Part shown: piece after piece, positions 16,921 through 29,884 of the stretch
Position numbering within the stretch: position 1 is the first letter of the stretch
Layout of the letters: each line of letters starts with the position of its first letter
Assembly: GCA_964016885.1 (NCBI GenBank)
Contig: OZ024742.1
Span: 47,306,001 to 47,370,000, forward strand
Direction of reading: 5' to 3'
Length of the DNA stretch: 64,000 nucleotides
From: Eledone cirrhosa
Taxonomy: Eukaryota
Translations under genes and position numbers: made by a program
Notes under the pieces: model-generated
The model's database searches: none
Told to the model about the DNA's origin: nothing
The model's input: only the letters and a program-made list of their open reading frames with translations

Positions 16921-18490
16921 AACATAGTAAGCATAATGACTTAGAGGCAAATGTTGGGAGCAAATAATAAATACCACCATCAAAATCCCTGGTCGACCCA
17001 TGCCTTGCGGCTGAATCTTGGTGGACGGGAACTGTTAGAATGAACTGTACCTGTTATTCGAAGGGCCTTCCTAGTGAATCAATATGCTGAAAATTACGGT
17101 ATACACACAGTTGTCGCTGTAATGTTCAGTCACCTACACGTCAAGTTCATGAACAGGCTGTTACATTGTTCGGTGAACGTCATTGATTCCAATGTTTCAC
17201 TATAATTTTCAATAAGGCACGATAAAAGAAAACATGGCTGAACTAAATAAACAGACCCTCAGATTAATATTCATAATAGATATCGCACGCAAATATAGCA
17301 ATTGCCACAATACAATTAATATTTGCATTTAATAATTATAATCAATTAATGAAAAGCTACAGAAGTCTTATAGAATTAGATTAATACGATATTTAAAACT
17401 AACAGACTAAGCTCATTAATATTATCAAATGTCATAATTACTAATCCTAAGCACCAAACACATATTTTCGATTAAAATCCATTTGAATATGTTATATAGC
17501 CAATTGTGGGATAGAAGTGTTCTTTTCGTTGTTGCTTAAACCTAAGGTGGTTCCCAAACGCGCAGTTCTATGGTTATACGAACGTTGCTATGGCCTCCGA
17601 TTTTTCAATCAGGAAAGCGGCATCCCGGAATAAACGTTACATGTTCTTTACATGGTGGAGGTCTGCGGCTTACAAGTGACTTCTCTGGAATTTCAAGTAG
17701 ACACTGAACTGGCTATTTTGTTACTTAGAAACTTCGTATTGATTTTGTTTAGTAAATGTGAATGTAATATTTCATTATTATACATGTTAGTGTATTTAAA
17801 CATTTTTGTTTGTGTTTGTAAATTACATGAAATAATTCTGCAAATAGAAATTAATTCGAAATAAACAAATCATAAAGCAATTGTAAATAATTGTAATTAA
17901 TATTTGGGAAACTTGATGATAGTAGAATTAGGTCCCTTCGCTATACTTCGTTTATCATATGATAGGTATATAATGTGACGGTTATACTATAAAAATCTAT
18001 GTGCCTTAACCGATTTGCTACACACGTATCTAAGTTATGTTTAACTTCACAAGGAGCCTTATCAAATCTCCTTTGTTAGCATCTACCAACATAATCTTGA
18101 CATCCTATTTTTTAGGGCCTCCATATTTATAATGAGTAAGTTACCACTTGACATATAATGTACCGATTTTACCTTGGAAGAATATTCTGATTTTGGAGTA
18201 AGGATGTAATTTCTTCGTGAATGGCCTTGGATTGAGAAATTTTAAATCTAATACATCATTATCATTTGCTTTTCCTTATTATCATTAGGACAATATCGTA
18301 ATAATACTGGCTGGTGGAATCACGAAGACAGAAAATATTATTTTACTCTAATACACGTTCAATGTATATATTATTTTCGTGTTATTTCCCGATACACATT
18401 CTACGAAAATGTTAAATATGAATTTTCCAATTAATCTAAATATATATATAGTGTACAGAATTTATATATGAATCCACGAAAGACACGCTC

Positions 18491-18521
<31 letters not shown>

Positions 18522-18538
18522 TATATATATATATATAT

Positions 18539-19172
18539 AATTGAAAAAGTGAAGAATAACAAGGTCAACAGTACAAAAAATGGAATTTATTTACAGTCTA
18601 ACAATTTACAGTCTAACAATTTACAGTCTAACAATTGTTTCACTGATTAAGTTGTCTAAAAATTGCTGAACACTAGAAGCAGTGCCACTCATTTTTAAAT
18701 ACGATGTTAACCTAATCAGATCATCAGAGACAACTTGAATATCCGTTAAATTTATAAATTCAAATTATTTCTCTCTTTATCTTTATTATTAATATTATTA
18801 ATGAAGCTGTAATTTGAATTTGTATATTTAACGGATATTCTAGTTGTCTCTGGTGATCTGATTAAGCTAACATCGTATTTCAAATTTAGTGGCACTGCTT
18901 CTAGTGTTCAGCAAATTTTAGACAACTTAATCAGTTAAACAATTATTAGACTGTAAATAAATTCCCCTTTTTTGTAATATTGACCATGTTATTCTTCACT
19001 TTTTCAATAGTATTACTCCAAGATAAACTTACACCGGAATACAAGTGAAATCAGAAACCCGTCACCTACGTAAACCTCTTGTTGAGTCAAACAACGCCGT
19101 ACGCTAAAACTATCCATAATAAGAAGTATTCACAATCTCTAACTGGATTACCTATAACGACATTTTGTCATC

Positions 19173-19175
<3 letters not shown>
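18539..19175 (+). mobile_element. PLE pLTR cassette: inverted arms 18539-18766 / 18811-19008 plus 3' tail, between (TA)n runs
   Basis: The arms are reverse complements with scattered mismatches, each contains an HHR, and the tail is related to 2183-2340. Confidence 0.75.
18626..18731 (-). ncRNA. Type I hammerhead ribozyme with 79-nt stem II (mutated mirror copy at 18846-18951 +)
   Basis: Minus strand: GTCT-CTGATGA-t-CTGATTAGGTT...AACTTAATCAG-t-GAAA-C-AATT-GTT-AGAC. The core is intact, stem II is 11 bp and stem III is palindromic. Confidence 0.75.
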
Positions 19176-19239
<64 letters not shown>

Positions 19240-19284
19240 GAAAATAAACCAAAGAAGCCTTCAATACATCAAAAGTCTTTATTA

Positions 19285-19322
19285 GCCAACAATGTTTCGT
19301 CCTATTAAGGACTCATCAGGGC
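19285..19322 (-). ncRNA. Minimal type I hammerhead ribozyme
   Basis: GCC-CTGATGA-GTCCT-TAAT-AGGAC-GAAA-C-ATT-GTT-GGC; all core positions are canonical. Confidence 0.85.
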
Positions 19323-20077
19323 AAGTAAAGCTATAAGAAGCACTATCGGCCAATACAAGCCAAAAACTAATTTTTTTACTTAACTACTTGTGACACCTAA
19401 GTAAATATATTTGTTTTTGTTTTTCGATTTCCGGTTGATTTTATTTATATTTTTTTACTACCGTGCGTAGTTTCTGTCTGGTTCTTATTCACTTATTCAC
19501 ATATGTCTGTCTACCAACCATGTAATTATGTATACTATACTATGTTTGTTATTTGATATTGAAGTTGTTATATCATATCACTTTATGTAATCGTACTATA
19601 GATCTTAAATATTTACCGATTATTCGATGTACCCTTATGTTAAATTTTGTAAATTCTGTAATATGTTTATATTTTTTATAATTTTTATAATGTTTAGATA
19701 ATATTTATTTATACCAATTGTATAAAAACTCGACCTCCGTCTGTTTTGTTACAACGGTATAGATATTTTTCCAGCACAATATTTTCAACACAATTCAGTT
19801 CTGTATGATATTTTTTTTCTCACCCTGTGGGTAATTTTATATGATTTGTTAAGTTATATGCCAATATATTATAATATTGTTATTATAGTGTTATTGTAAT
19901 ATTTATATTGTTTATGCAAATTGACCGGAGATTATAAATTATATAGTATATTATATATTATATTTTTATTTTTATTCATTTCTTTATCATTTCATACTGT
20001 AAATAATATATGTATTATATTTATATTTAAACTCTTAATAAGTGTTAGTTTGTGTTTGTATTGATGGATATGTGTAT

Positions 20078-20113
<36 letters not shown>

Positions 20114-20411
20114 GTATATATATATGTATATTGGGTTTTTTAATATTATTATTATTATCATTATCAATTATATTATATTATATTATATTATATTATATTA
20201 TATATCGTACTGTAATTCTCGCTTTATATCACCACTTGTGTTTAGTTTTAGTTTTTGCATTGTACTATATTTGTAATATGGGTTCAAAATGTTATTCACT
20301 TCCTTAGCAATTTTTACTTGATAATTTTCCTATGCTTTCATGTATGTATACTCCATATTCTTCTGAGTTTTTGGCTTGTATTTGCCGATAGTGCTTCTTA
20401 TAGCCTTACTT

Positions 20412-20449
20412 GCCCTGATGAGTCCTTAATAGGACGAAATATTGTTGGC
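20412..20449 (+). ncRNA. Minimal type I hammerhead ribozyme
   Basis: GCC-CTGATGA-GTCCT-TAAT-AGGAC-GAAA-T-ATT-GTT-GGC. Confidence 0.8.
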
Positions 20450-20596
20450 TAATAAAGACTTTTGATGTATTGAAGGCTTCTTTGGTTTATTTTCATAATT
20501 CTTTGGCTCTGTTTAATTACATCGAGCTATATCTTTACTGTCATTTCTATAATATGAAGAGGGTGTTTAACTCCAACACACTCTAGTATTTTAATT

Positions 20597-20633
<37 letters not shown>

Positions 20634-21234
20634 GTTAAAAAATTAACTTCGTTTATTCATATTCGCTGTTACATATATATTTCGCTGATAACCATTATGC
20701 AACAGATATGACCTCAGCTAAAATTTAAACAGAAAAAACATAACGATGGAATAAAGCTTACTTCTGTTATTTCGATTTTTTATATGCTCGGAGCTGAAGC
20801 TTGCGGTTGATTTCTCATAAATATAAATATATATATATATATACATATATACAAATTATGCTGTGTGGTTTACCAATGGGTAAAACTGATCGTTCCGGTT
20901 AGTGAACCATCACCATCATGTAATAAATTAAAGCTCTCGGTGGTATGCAACTCATCCATCGTAGAAGTGTATCCCGTGACAGGTGCATGAACGGATTTAA
21001 ATTTCTTTATAGAAACAACAGAAGACCGGACTGGAAATAATCCTTTAAAGCTTTAATTTTGTACATACACTATACCTATTTAATGAACTAGTTACATGAT
21101 GCGATCATGATATAAGTAGGTCATTGAAACACGCATAGTGTTATTGCAACATTAAAACTTTAAAATAATATTTTCAGTCCAGCCTTTTCTTATAAAATGA
21201 ATATGTATATATTTCTTCCAGAGGAGGATAGATA

Positions 21235-21359
<125 letters not shown>

Positions 21360-21879
21360 AAAGAGAGAGTGAGAGAAATAGAAAGAAAAAATGGGAGTGA
21401 GAAAGAGATATGCAGAAAGAGAATCGCACTTATTCTATCGACCTAGAATGGAGGAAAGGCAAAGTTGACTTCGGCGGAACTTGAACTGGTGAATCACGCA
21501 ACATATGTGGTGTATATGTATATATAATAACGCAACATATGTGGTGTATATGTATATATAATAACGCAAATCATTCTATAAGACGTTCTCATGACTGTCA
21601 ATCCGGCGCCATATATATATAAAACCCTCAACGCTCACATGATGATGCGACCTAGCATAATGCAACCTAATATGTGTATAGCTAACAATTTCCAGGCCTG
21701 AAACAATGACGTATCGAAGCTGTATGGGCTTCAAAACGACCACGAAGAAATAGTAACCCAGTCACAGGACAACCAACACGGCCAGTCTGTGGAGCCAGCA
21801 TTGCCAGTAACTATTGACTCTCCTACTTCATCTCCATTAACGTACGACCCATAATTGAAATATCCCCAGACGTATGTGA

Positions 21880-22920
21880 CAGCACGAAAGATCTCACCAG
21901 CAGAATCAACGAATGCAGCTCATGTGGGGATCCGATAAACTGTACAATAGACACTATGCATGTGGTATCCTTATACCACCCATTGATCTAGATTTTGCTG
22001 CGGAAAAATGCGTGGAGATGATGAATGATAGTGATGCAGAATTCCGTGGGATTGACATCACTGCGCTGGGAGTCCTACTTAGACTTACACGGGATACGTT
22101 TTACTTAGATAAACACAACATTCACAGACTCTGTCCCACAAGGCCAGAGACAGGCAGAACACGTACCGTTAAGTCAATTGCAAAGAATACCCACACAGAA
22201 ATATAGAGCGGGTGGACCAAAGCCATACGAAGCCCCCCGAAAACCACGACCGAGTAACGAAAAGGCTCGCATACGCACTAGGGACCAGTATAGGTCTAAC
22301 TCTTAAGGAACATATCTTTAAGTTCAATGGCAAAACATATGCCCAAGAATCTGTGTCAGCATTGCTGGTGACATAGCTTACCTCTTTATGGTATAGTGTG
22401 GGACAGTGTGATAGGAGATATAAGGAACGCTTAGATAAGTACTCTATAACTCTGACTATGTACTCCCGTTAGGTAGATGAAATCAGCTACGTAGTGAAAA
22501 CACCCCAGCAGAAGAACAGTCAGGAATTAGAAAGGAACATCATGGAAAACTTCCAGCAAATAGCTAACTCCATCTATCAGAGTATTAAAGTAACTATAGT
22601 CTGCCCAACTAAACACTTCAACCATAGATTACCTGTACTAAACAAAGAGCTTTTGTTAGAAACCATTAGTAATAAGACACATATCCTGCATTCACATTAG
22701 TCCTCCAAGTATCTGATCCACAGAAGCTCAGCTATGTCGAATAATATGAAAGTTAACATACTAATTACAGACGTATTAAGAGTGATGAGGAATGTGCCCC
22801 GCATGCGCAATCCTAAAGAATTAGAGAGACATTCAATACTTCATCCATCTCATGCAGTTCTCAGGCTACAATCAGAGAGACACAATCGGGGTGTATAGGA
22901 GCAATGTTTGGAATAAGAAG
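21880..22920 (+). pseudogene. Penelope-like element RT fragment (Naiad-like type), decayed
   Basis: PPIDLDFAAEKCVEMM...GIDITALGVLLRL, HIFKFNGKTYAQ, SIYQSIKVTIVCPTKHFNHRLPVL and SKYLIHRSSAMSNNMKVNILITDVLRVMRNV. The last is homologous to the 51888 ORF, which runs into a GIY-YIG domain. Confidence 0.7.
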
Positions 22921-25459
22921 ACTAATGAGATCAACTGGTGACACGAGAGCAATAAATACAATCATTTGTGTAACACATGTGCAGTAAGTATATTTACTTT
23001 TATGTCATGATTTTAATTATCATCCTAAAGTATCGACTGCTCTAAACAAGTTGAATAGTGTGGATAGTTCTACGGTTGTACGTACTTAATTTTAGATGGG
23101 TTCATTGTGTGAATACGGTGTTTTCTATAGTGGCTGGTTGATACAAAGGGATATCAACACAGAATACGTAATGTCAAAACGCACATCAAGACACTGTAAC
23201 AAATCCGTGTATTCACCGCCGTAGCTTTAGATGTTGGAGGGAATGGCAATGTGAGATTCAAATTCAAAATGCAAAATCCCGGAAATTTCCCTCTAAAGAT
23301 TCTGCCAATTCCTTACCTTCAACTTGTTTGGGGATGTACTATATTTTGAGAGCAACAAATATATTTAACCTAACAAAATGTCGTATCATCAATTATTCGT
23401 TCACCATTAGATTAACGTCAGTAAAATTGTAAAGAGGCTAAAATTAAAAATTGATACTGTTGTATTAATGTTAGTATCAACTAATAACCAGATTTCTATT
23501 ACATTGCTACGTAAGTATAATTCTTTGTTGTTGGTATTAATGACGCTCTATAGAAAATGTGAAGTGAAATAATTTATGGGCATATCATTTATTAATATTC
23601 TTCAGTGGTAGGAATGACAGAACACTGGTCTAATACCTGAGTATTATGCAATATATCCATATGTTCTAAGATGGGTATATTAATTATTTGATAAATACAA
23701 GTCAGGTTTGGATGGTATTCATTCTACTATATTTTCTCTTCGGCATTTATTGTAGTACTTCAAACAATCACTATTGTTTTCCAATATAAACTTAGCTATT
23801 TAATATTAAGTAACACAATAAGATCTCTGAGATTGAATCATATTGTAATAGATTTATTCGATAGATTTCTCATACACTAAGTCAATTATTACGTAGAATG
23901 TATGCAAATTCCATTCCAAATATAAGAAAAATGTAACAATCGGAGGAATACAACACCGCATCCTTAATAGATGCCTGGTTAAATGTCTAGACATGTTTTA
24001 CTAACAACGTTTTCTTTTTTGTACCGATCAAGTGTTTTATCCAAACATTTACTGTTTTTATTTTTATGGCATCTTTGTGTGACGCTTATTGAAACCAAAT
24101 CAAATCTTCTAGATTAGGATCTATTTCGGAATGTAATATACTATATATGATGTGGTGTCGATATATATTTCCTGGTGCGAATTTTCATATATTTATCTAA
24201 ATTATTGTGACAAAATTGGGATCAAACATACAACAAACATTTAATATAACATAACACTCCATCAAACATTTAATATAACATGATACTCAATCAAACATTG
24301 AAAATGAGTTATAAATAACTGTATTAAACAATGCGGTAAACGATATTCTAATGAAACATTCTAATAAAATTAAATCCTGCAAATTAAAATTCAAAAGAAA
24401 TAAAAAATTAATGAAGATAATTAGGGGTTGGTATCAAGAAGATAAGCTATGGTTTCATAGCAGTTTATCTGAGAAATTTACGGAAGTCTTCCGTAGAAAC
24501 CTCATGCTACAATCCGTGGGGGAGGAAAGGATATCACTCTATGTATTGGATTGAAATGTCTATATGGCTATAGACTTGCCATTTTACAGACACACACACA
24601 TGCACGCACAAATACAGCCACTCCCAAACATGCTTGTACAAACAAATTTCTCATATATGAATTGATTAATAGTTAAAATATAGCTAAACTCGTAATTTGC
24701 AACGTTCAATCTTACTAAAACTTGCACACTGATAACATGTGTAGTGTTGAGGATGAGAGAATAGCTGATGACCCTTATTACACAAAACGGGGGTGAATAT
24801 TTAGCACTAATAATTGCAAGGCACCAAAAGATTTGAAAATAACCAGAATATCAGTAGAAACATAAAATCTTAAAGAAAAGTTTCGCACACAATAATAGCT
24901 GCTATATGACTACCTAAAATATTGTCAAAACTGCGTTAGAAAGATGGTAAGGGGGACATAAAAATGTTCTGCCTGTGCATGGTCGGGTCTGTGGTGACTA
25001 AACCGGCAACCCCACCGAGTTAGCTTGTTGAGGAGGGTGATTTTGGACACCCCATCAAAGGGCGAAGGAATTCAGGACCGTCAACGGCCATCCAATAAAG
25101 TGATTTTTTGTGGAGCGAGAGACTCTTAGACTTTATTAAGGTATCTTTCGAGTCACTCTGATATAAATCCTACGACGTCATTTGCATCCAATGATGTAGA
25201 TCATTTCTAATTTTTTGGCAAATGCATTCGATGTTCAGAGTGTGGGATTGGCCCTGTGCAAAGCCGTTTCTCACTTTAAAAAGCTTCAAACACAGGCATC
25301 ACTTGATATGTGATATTATTTTAGATACATAGCATTGCTAGCCATAGGCAAGTCTGTTGAAGGATTAACATGTGAGGTCACTGATGCTGTTGCTTAAATA
25401 TCAAGAGGCGATGGCATTACTGGAAATTGAGGAGCCACCATCATGTGTATATATATAGG

Positions 25460-25574
25460 AAAAGAGTCAGGACACCGACGGCTGAACTACGGCCGTTTTG
25501 ACAGCTAGTTCTGAACAGTTCAGAACTAGCTGTCGAAGCGGCCGGAGCTCAGCAGTCGGGGTCCTGACTCTTTT
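25460..25574. repeat. 115-nt near-perfect palindrome (inverted repeat-element end); half copy at 54120-54167
   Basis: AAAAGAGTCAGGAC...GACAGCTAGTTCTGAAC-A-GTTCAGAACTAGCTGTC...GTCCTGACTCTTTT. Confidence 0.9.
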
Positions 25575-26576
25575 ACTATTACCCACTCTACTACCCATAG
25601 TATCGAGTAATCAGGTGCGTTATGGTCCACCGGCTTCCTTACCACACTTCCTTCGTTATAAATATTTATATATAAGTGGGACCACTGATCAGGGGGCCCA
25701 CTGAAGCACTATATATATGACAGAGTGTTGTAGTTTGCTTGAAGCCTTGTTTAATAGGAAATAAAAATTAAATAAGATTAAAAGCTATACATTGCATTGA
25801 AAAATCAAAGGTGCCCATATAGCGTTAGAATTTTCTTACCAAATTTAATTGCTATTGCATCCATTCATCATGTCATGCAGTTTGGAATGGAACGTGAGCT
25901 TAGCTGTTGGACTAGATATGACGACTTTGTGTTAGTTCAAAGAATATCGGTAGGTGTATGCTCCTTATAACGTTAGAAATGATATTGTATATTAAGCATC
26001 CGTTAAGGAAGTTCTTCGGTCAACATATTTTTCAATATGATCCTAAAATCCTACACACACACACACACGCACACACACACACGCCCCCCCCCCCACACAC
26101 ACGCACACACACACACATACACACACACTCATATATATATATGTGTGTGTATGTATATATGTATGTATATATATATGTATAACTTCCACTCACTCACTCT
26201 CTGTTTCTCCCCTTCTGACTTCCTCCCGTTTGGCTTGTGTGGGTCTCTTCTTGCTCACATCTCACACACGTCAACACGGTCTGTACCTCTCTCGCTCATG
26301 AAATCCATCCAGCTTATGCTGACCGGACAACCATGTTGCTTGTTTATTTTCCTATCTTCGGTTTGCTTTTATCCTTCTATGTTGTTTACTTGTCCCCCTC
26401 GGCTTACGCGAATTCTGGTCCAAATAACTTTTTTTAGTTATTGCTCGCACCAACCTGAGGTATCTGATTTTTAATGCGATGAAATACCAATGATGGTTGG
26501 AAAATCACTGACGAAGGACTATTTTTATCATATGTAACCCATGTGCAAACCACGCAGTATTCTTTTTTCTCCTCAT

Positions 26577-26642
<66 letters not shown>

Positions 26643-26711
26643 AAAAAGAGATGAAATCGAAAATGCAACTGGAGTCTTATTTAAACAAAATATATATATA
26701 TTTATTTGGTT

Positions 26712-26749
26712 CCTTTACCGGTTTCGCAGTTCTTCTGCTTTTCAAAAGG
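26712..26749 (-). ncRNA. Minimal hammerhead, U3-A8 core variant
   Basis: CCTT-TTGAAAA-GCAG-AAGAA-CTGC-GAAA-CCG-GTA-AAGG; palindromic stem III ACCGGT. Confidence 0.75.
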
Positions 26750-26898
26750 TGAGTTGAGATGGAGGGGCTGTGGTTTTCCTCATATGATTCCAGTTCCTCA
26801 GAGAAATAACAACCCAACCAGGAACTGGGCATATCAGAGTATTGACAAAATTATACACCTCAACAACATATGTACTTGTCTATACCACACTAATTCGG

Positions 26899-26953
26899 AC
26901 TGCCTGAAGAGGTCACAGCCAAAGATGGCTGTCACCGAAATATTTATAGCAGT
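26899..26953 (+). ncRNA. Type I hammerhead ribozyme
   Basis: ACTGC-CTGAAGA-GGTcACAGCCA-AAGA-TGGCTGTcACC-GAAA-T-ATTT-ATA-GCAGT. Stem I is 5 bp, stem II is 10 bp, and the triplet is AUA. Confidence 0.85.
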
Positions 26954-27681
26954 AATAAACGAAGATAAATTTTAACATTTGACTTTTTATTTTACTTTAT
27001 TTTACATTACTCCGGGGTAACCAAACCAACCTGCGCACTTCGTCGAGTGCTCCAGCCTGCATACTGAGGTGTTGCTATACAACCAACATATACTCAAAAT
27101 CTCTCTCTCTCTATATATATATATATATAGAAGTGGTTACACTTCTACCTAACTCGTTCTATGGACTGAGTGCTCTACCACTACGGATATTACCTTCCAT
27201 TGTATATATTACCTTCTGTATACATATATATATATATATGGTAAAACAGCGTGGTATGAAAACTCATTGACGATTAACTGACTGAGCAGTAAATATGAGG
27301 TGAGTAGAAAATTGTGTGCGTTTGTATGTGTGTGTGTATGTGCTTGTGTGTATATGTGTGTGTATGCGTGTGTGTATGTTTGTGTATATGCGTGTGTGTA
27401 TAAATACTCTTTCAATGAAATGATAATGGATTCGATACGAAACTGAAAATTATACAATTTGTTTTTAGAATAAAGAAAGAAATACTGATATTTCTTCAAA
27501 GCTTCGACATGAGGAAAGGCAGTGTTTTCAAGTGGTGTGAAGGAAGCAATTAAGCTAAAATCAGAGACTCGATTATAATGTGTGTAGTACATTTTATATG
27601 TCAACTGCTATTATAATTTAAATCTTTCTTCTGCAGAAGATTTTATGATTTTAAATATGATTTTAAATATGAAGACATATA

Positions 27682-27845
27682 TTTACGGGTAATACCCACA
27701 GGGAGGAGACCCAGGTGTAGACCACGAGCAAGAAGGTTGGATAACAGCCATTATCTCGACTAGTCTCGAGGGACCCATTGGAGGCAATCTTTGAGGACTT
27801 TGCGCCCCTGAATGTGTCAGGTGGGCAAAGAAGAAAAAGAAGAAT
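27682..27845 (+). mobile_element. RTE 3'-end fragment with (GAA)-like tail
   Basis: LRVIPTGRRPRCRPRARRLD-like reading, homologous to the reverse complement of 30060-30100, ending AAGAAGAAAAAGAAGAA. Confidence 0.55.
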
Positions 27846-28319
27846 ATGAAATTATATATGGATTATCTGTTAAAACAAACAAACAAAATAAAATGCCAAA
27901 GATCTTTAACGTTTCACAATCCAACATTTCACATACACTTGTAAATTGTCTCTTAAACAGATATCGTAAATGGCAATATCGTAAATGAAGTGATCAACGG
28001 TAAAATATATACAAATACAAAACCACATTAGCATAAATATGATGAAAAGTTAAAATCAATGGGGACCTTAAAGACTAAATTGCTGTCTAATTACGTAATT
28101 AATTATATTTTTCTCCGAATTAAATGAAAAAAGTCAGTTATGTAATGCAATCTAAAGTAAAAAGTAATTATATAACACGTGTTAATTCTTTGTATTAGCG
28201 GCATTCATAATTACTTTAGTTACAACGTGTTCAATCATTCTCTCAATAGTGATTATAGTTATCCTGGAAATTCTTATATTATGCTCGGTTTTCAACTGCT
28301 AATATATCACATATTTCTC

Positions 28320-28650
28320 AGTGATATCTAAACTCACAGAGGCTGAGGTGACAAGAGCAATTAAATGAGTCAAGGCGGTGACAGTTGGACTGGTCCTCTG
28401 AAAAGGAAGCTATGCAATAGCAATCGGGAATGACAATCTCAATTTTCAAAAACGGAGACAAGAAAGATTGCTCGAAATATAGAGTGATCATCTTGTTAAG
28501 CAACTCCGGTAAAGTCTACGCTAAGAGTATAGCAAAAAGATGTAGGGAGATTATTGCGTCGAAGCTAATTGACGAACACTGGTTTTTGGCCCTGGACTGA
28601 TTCACTACACACAATTTACGGGCAAACCAACCGGCAGGCGAACCTAGGAT
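28320..28650 (+). mobile_element. RTE-like LINE RT N-terminal fragment joined to a 3' fragment
   Basis: TISIFKNGDKKDCSKYRVIILLSNSGKVYAKSIAKR matches the PIFKKGD..C.NYRGISLL motif. TTTACGGGCAAACCAACCGGCAGG matches the RTE at ~30075. Confidence 0.65.
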
Positions 28651-29250
28651 AGATCCCTGAGTAAGATGGTTAAACACGGTTGGTCTCGCTTGCTATCGAT
28701 ATAACACCATATTAGCAGACTGTCCCCGACTCGAGTTTTCTATTTTCTACGTTCTATTTTTTTTTCTATATCCTGTCTTCTATTCTACGATTGGGTTCAA
28801 CGTAATCCTGTTAATAAAAACTGGCTTACCTTCTGTTTGATGTGAAGCTACATTTCAATGAAAGTCGAGGTTACTACTACACTTAGCGATGTCCATAGAT
28901 GTGATGCAGAACATAGCTGATCGACTATCTCTGCTCCAAGGGGGCTAACCACCGCTAAAGATGGTCCACGGTCACTTACGTAAGAATTACTAATTTCTGC
29001 ACACCATAGTTCCATTCATAGTTGCAAGCAGATCGGAATCACATAAACTAATGCATTGGTCCGGGGCCGGGAAATCAAATTTTCTATCCACACGAAATCC
29101 TGTTTCTTACTAATTAACGTATAGATTTCATGGGTTTGTGCGTTAATAATACAAACATAATCAAATTATTGAGTGAGTGAGAAAACAACCCACCCTATGT
29201 CGGTCTTATTCGGTAGCTTCGTGATATTCTTCTTATTATTATTTTATATA

Positions 29251-29436
29251 ATTGATTGGCAGTATCGGTAGAGGGGCGGACGCCATACTTTGACGCATAG
29301 AGTGACTGCTCTTGTCATTCTGAGTTCAAATCTCGCCGAGGTTAACTTTGGCTTTCCTCCTTGCGGGGTCGGCCGATCAAATAAAGTACCAGTAATGCAC
29401 TGAGTAATTACTGGCATTGTGCCAAAAGTAGAAACA
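29251..29436 (+). mobile_element. tRNA-headed SINE (Nin/Deu-type core) with 13-bp TSD
   Basis: Box A TGGCAGTATCGG, box B GAGTTCAAATC, core GCCGAGGTTAACTTTG..CCTT..GGGGTCG..AGTACCAGT. TSD ATTATTTTATATA at 29238-29250 and 29437-29449. Confidence 0.9.
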
Positions 29437-29478
29437 ATTATTTTATATATATATACATAGAGAGAGGGAGAGAGACAG

Positions 29479-29517
<39 letters not shown>

Positions 29518-29791
29518 CGTAAGAGATTGTTTGCTTTCCATATTTTCTAATGTTTCCTAACATTTTCTAACATTTCTATAACACAGTTAATTAATTCAGA
29601 GAATCACCTTGTTCATCAGATGCTGCAATGTTTTAATCTGAGATTGGTTTGTCGCGATTTCTCATGAATTAGAAAATAATTATTTTACTAATCTATATTG
29701 TTAGAAGTATCTATATATGGAGACCTATTTCCATTTCTATTTTCAGTTTACCTATTATCAATTTTAGTTGTATTTTATAGCAAACTATACA

Positions 29792-29792
<1 letters not shown>

Positions 29793-29822
<30 letters not shown>

Positions 29823-29884
29823 CTTCTTCTTCTTCTTCTTCTTCTTCTTCTTCTTCTTCTTCTTCTTCTTCTTCTTCTTCTTCT

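Larger units (their letters stand above)
19235..20600 (+). mobile_element. PLE pLTR cassette: inverted arms 19235-19368 / 20366-20499 plus tail, between (TA)n runs
   Basis: The 134-bp arms are nearly perfect reverse complements, each with a minimal HHR; the interior is AT-rich and non-coding. Confidence 0.8.
26639..27100. mobile_element. Composite PLE-end cassette with two different HHRs on opposite strands
   Basis: 26639-26785 matches the PLE end at 57827-57975 and 57204-57350. The right half has a distinct HHR and an ATTACTCC tail. Flanked by (TA)n and (TC)n(TA)n. Confidence 0.75.

Noticed and set aside
18590-18634. Short direct repeats as a CRISPR array
   Set aside because: There are no spacers and no cas genes, and the context is eukaryotic.
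27130-27195. tRNA-like sequence on the minus strand
   Set aside because: Only a partial head with no cloverleaf; probably a SINE fragment.
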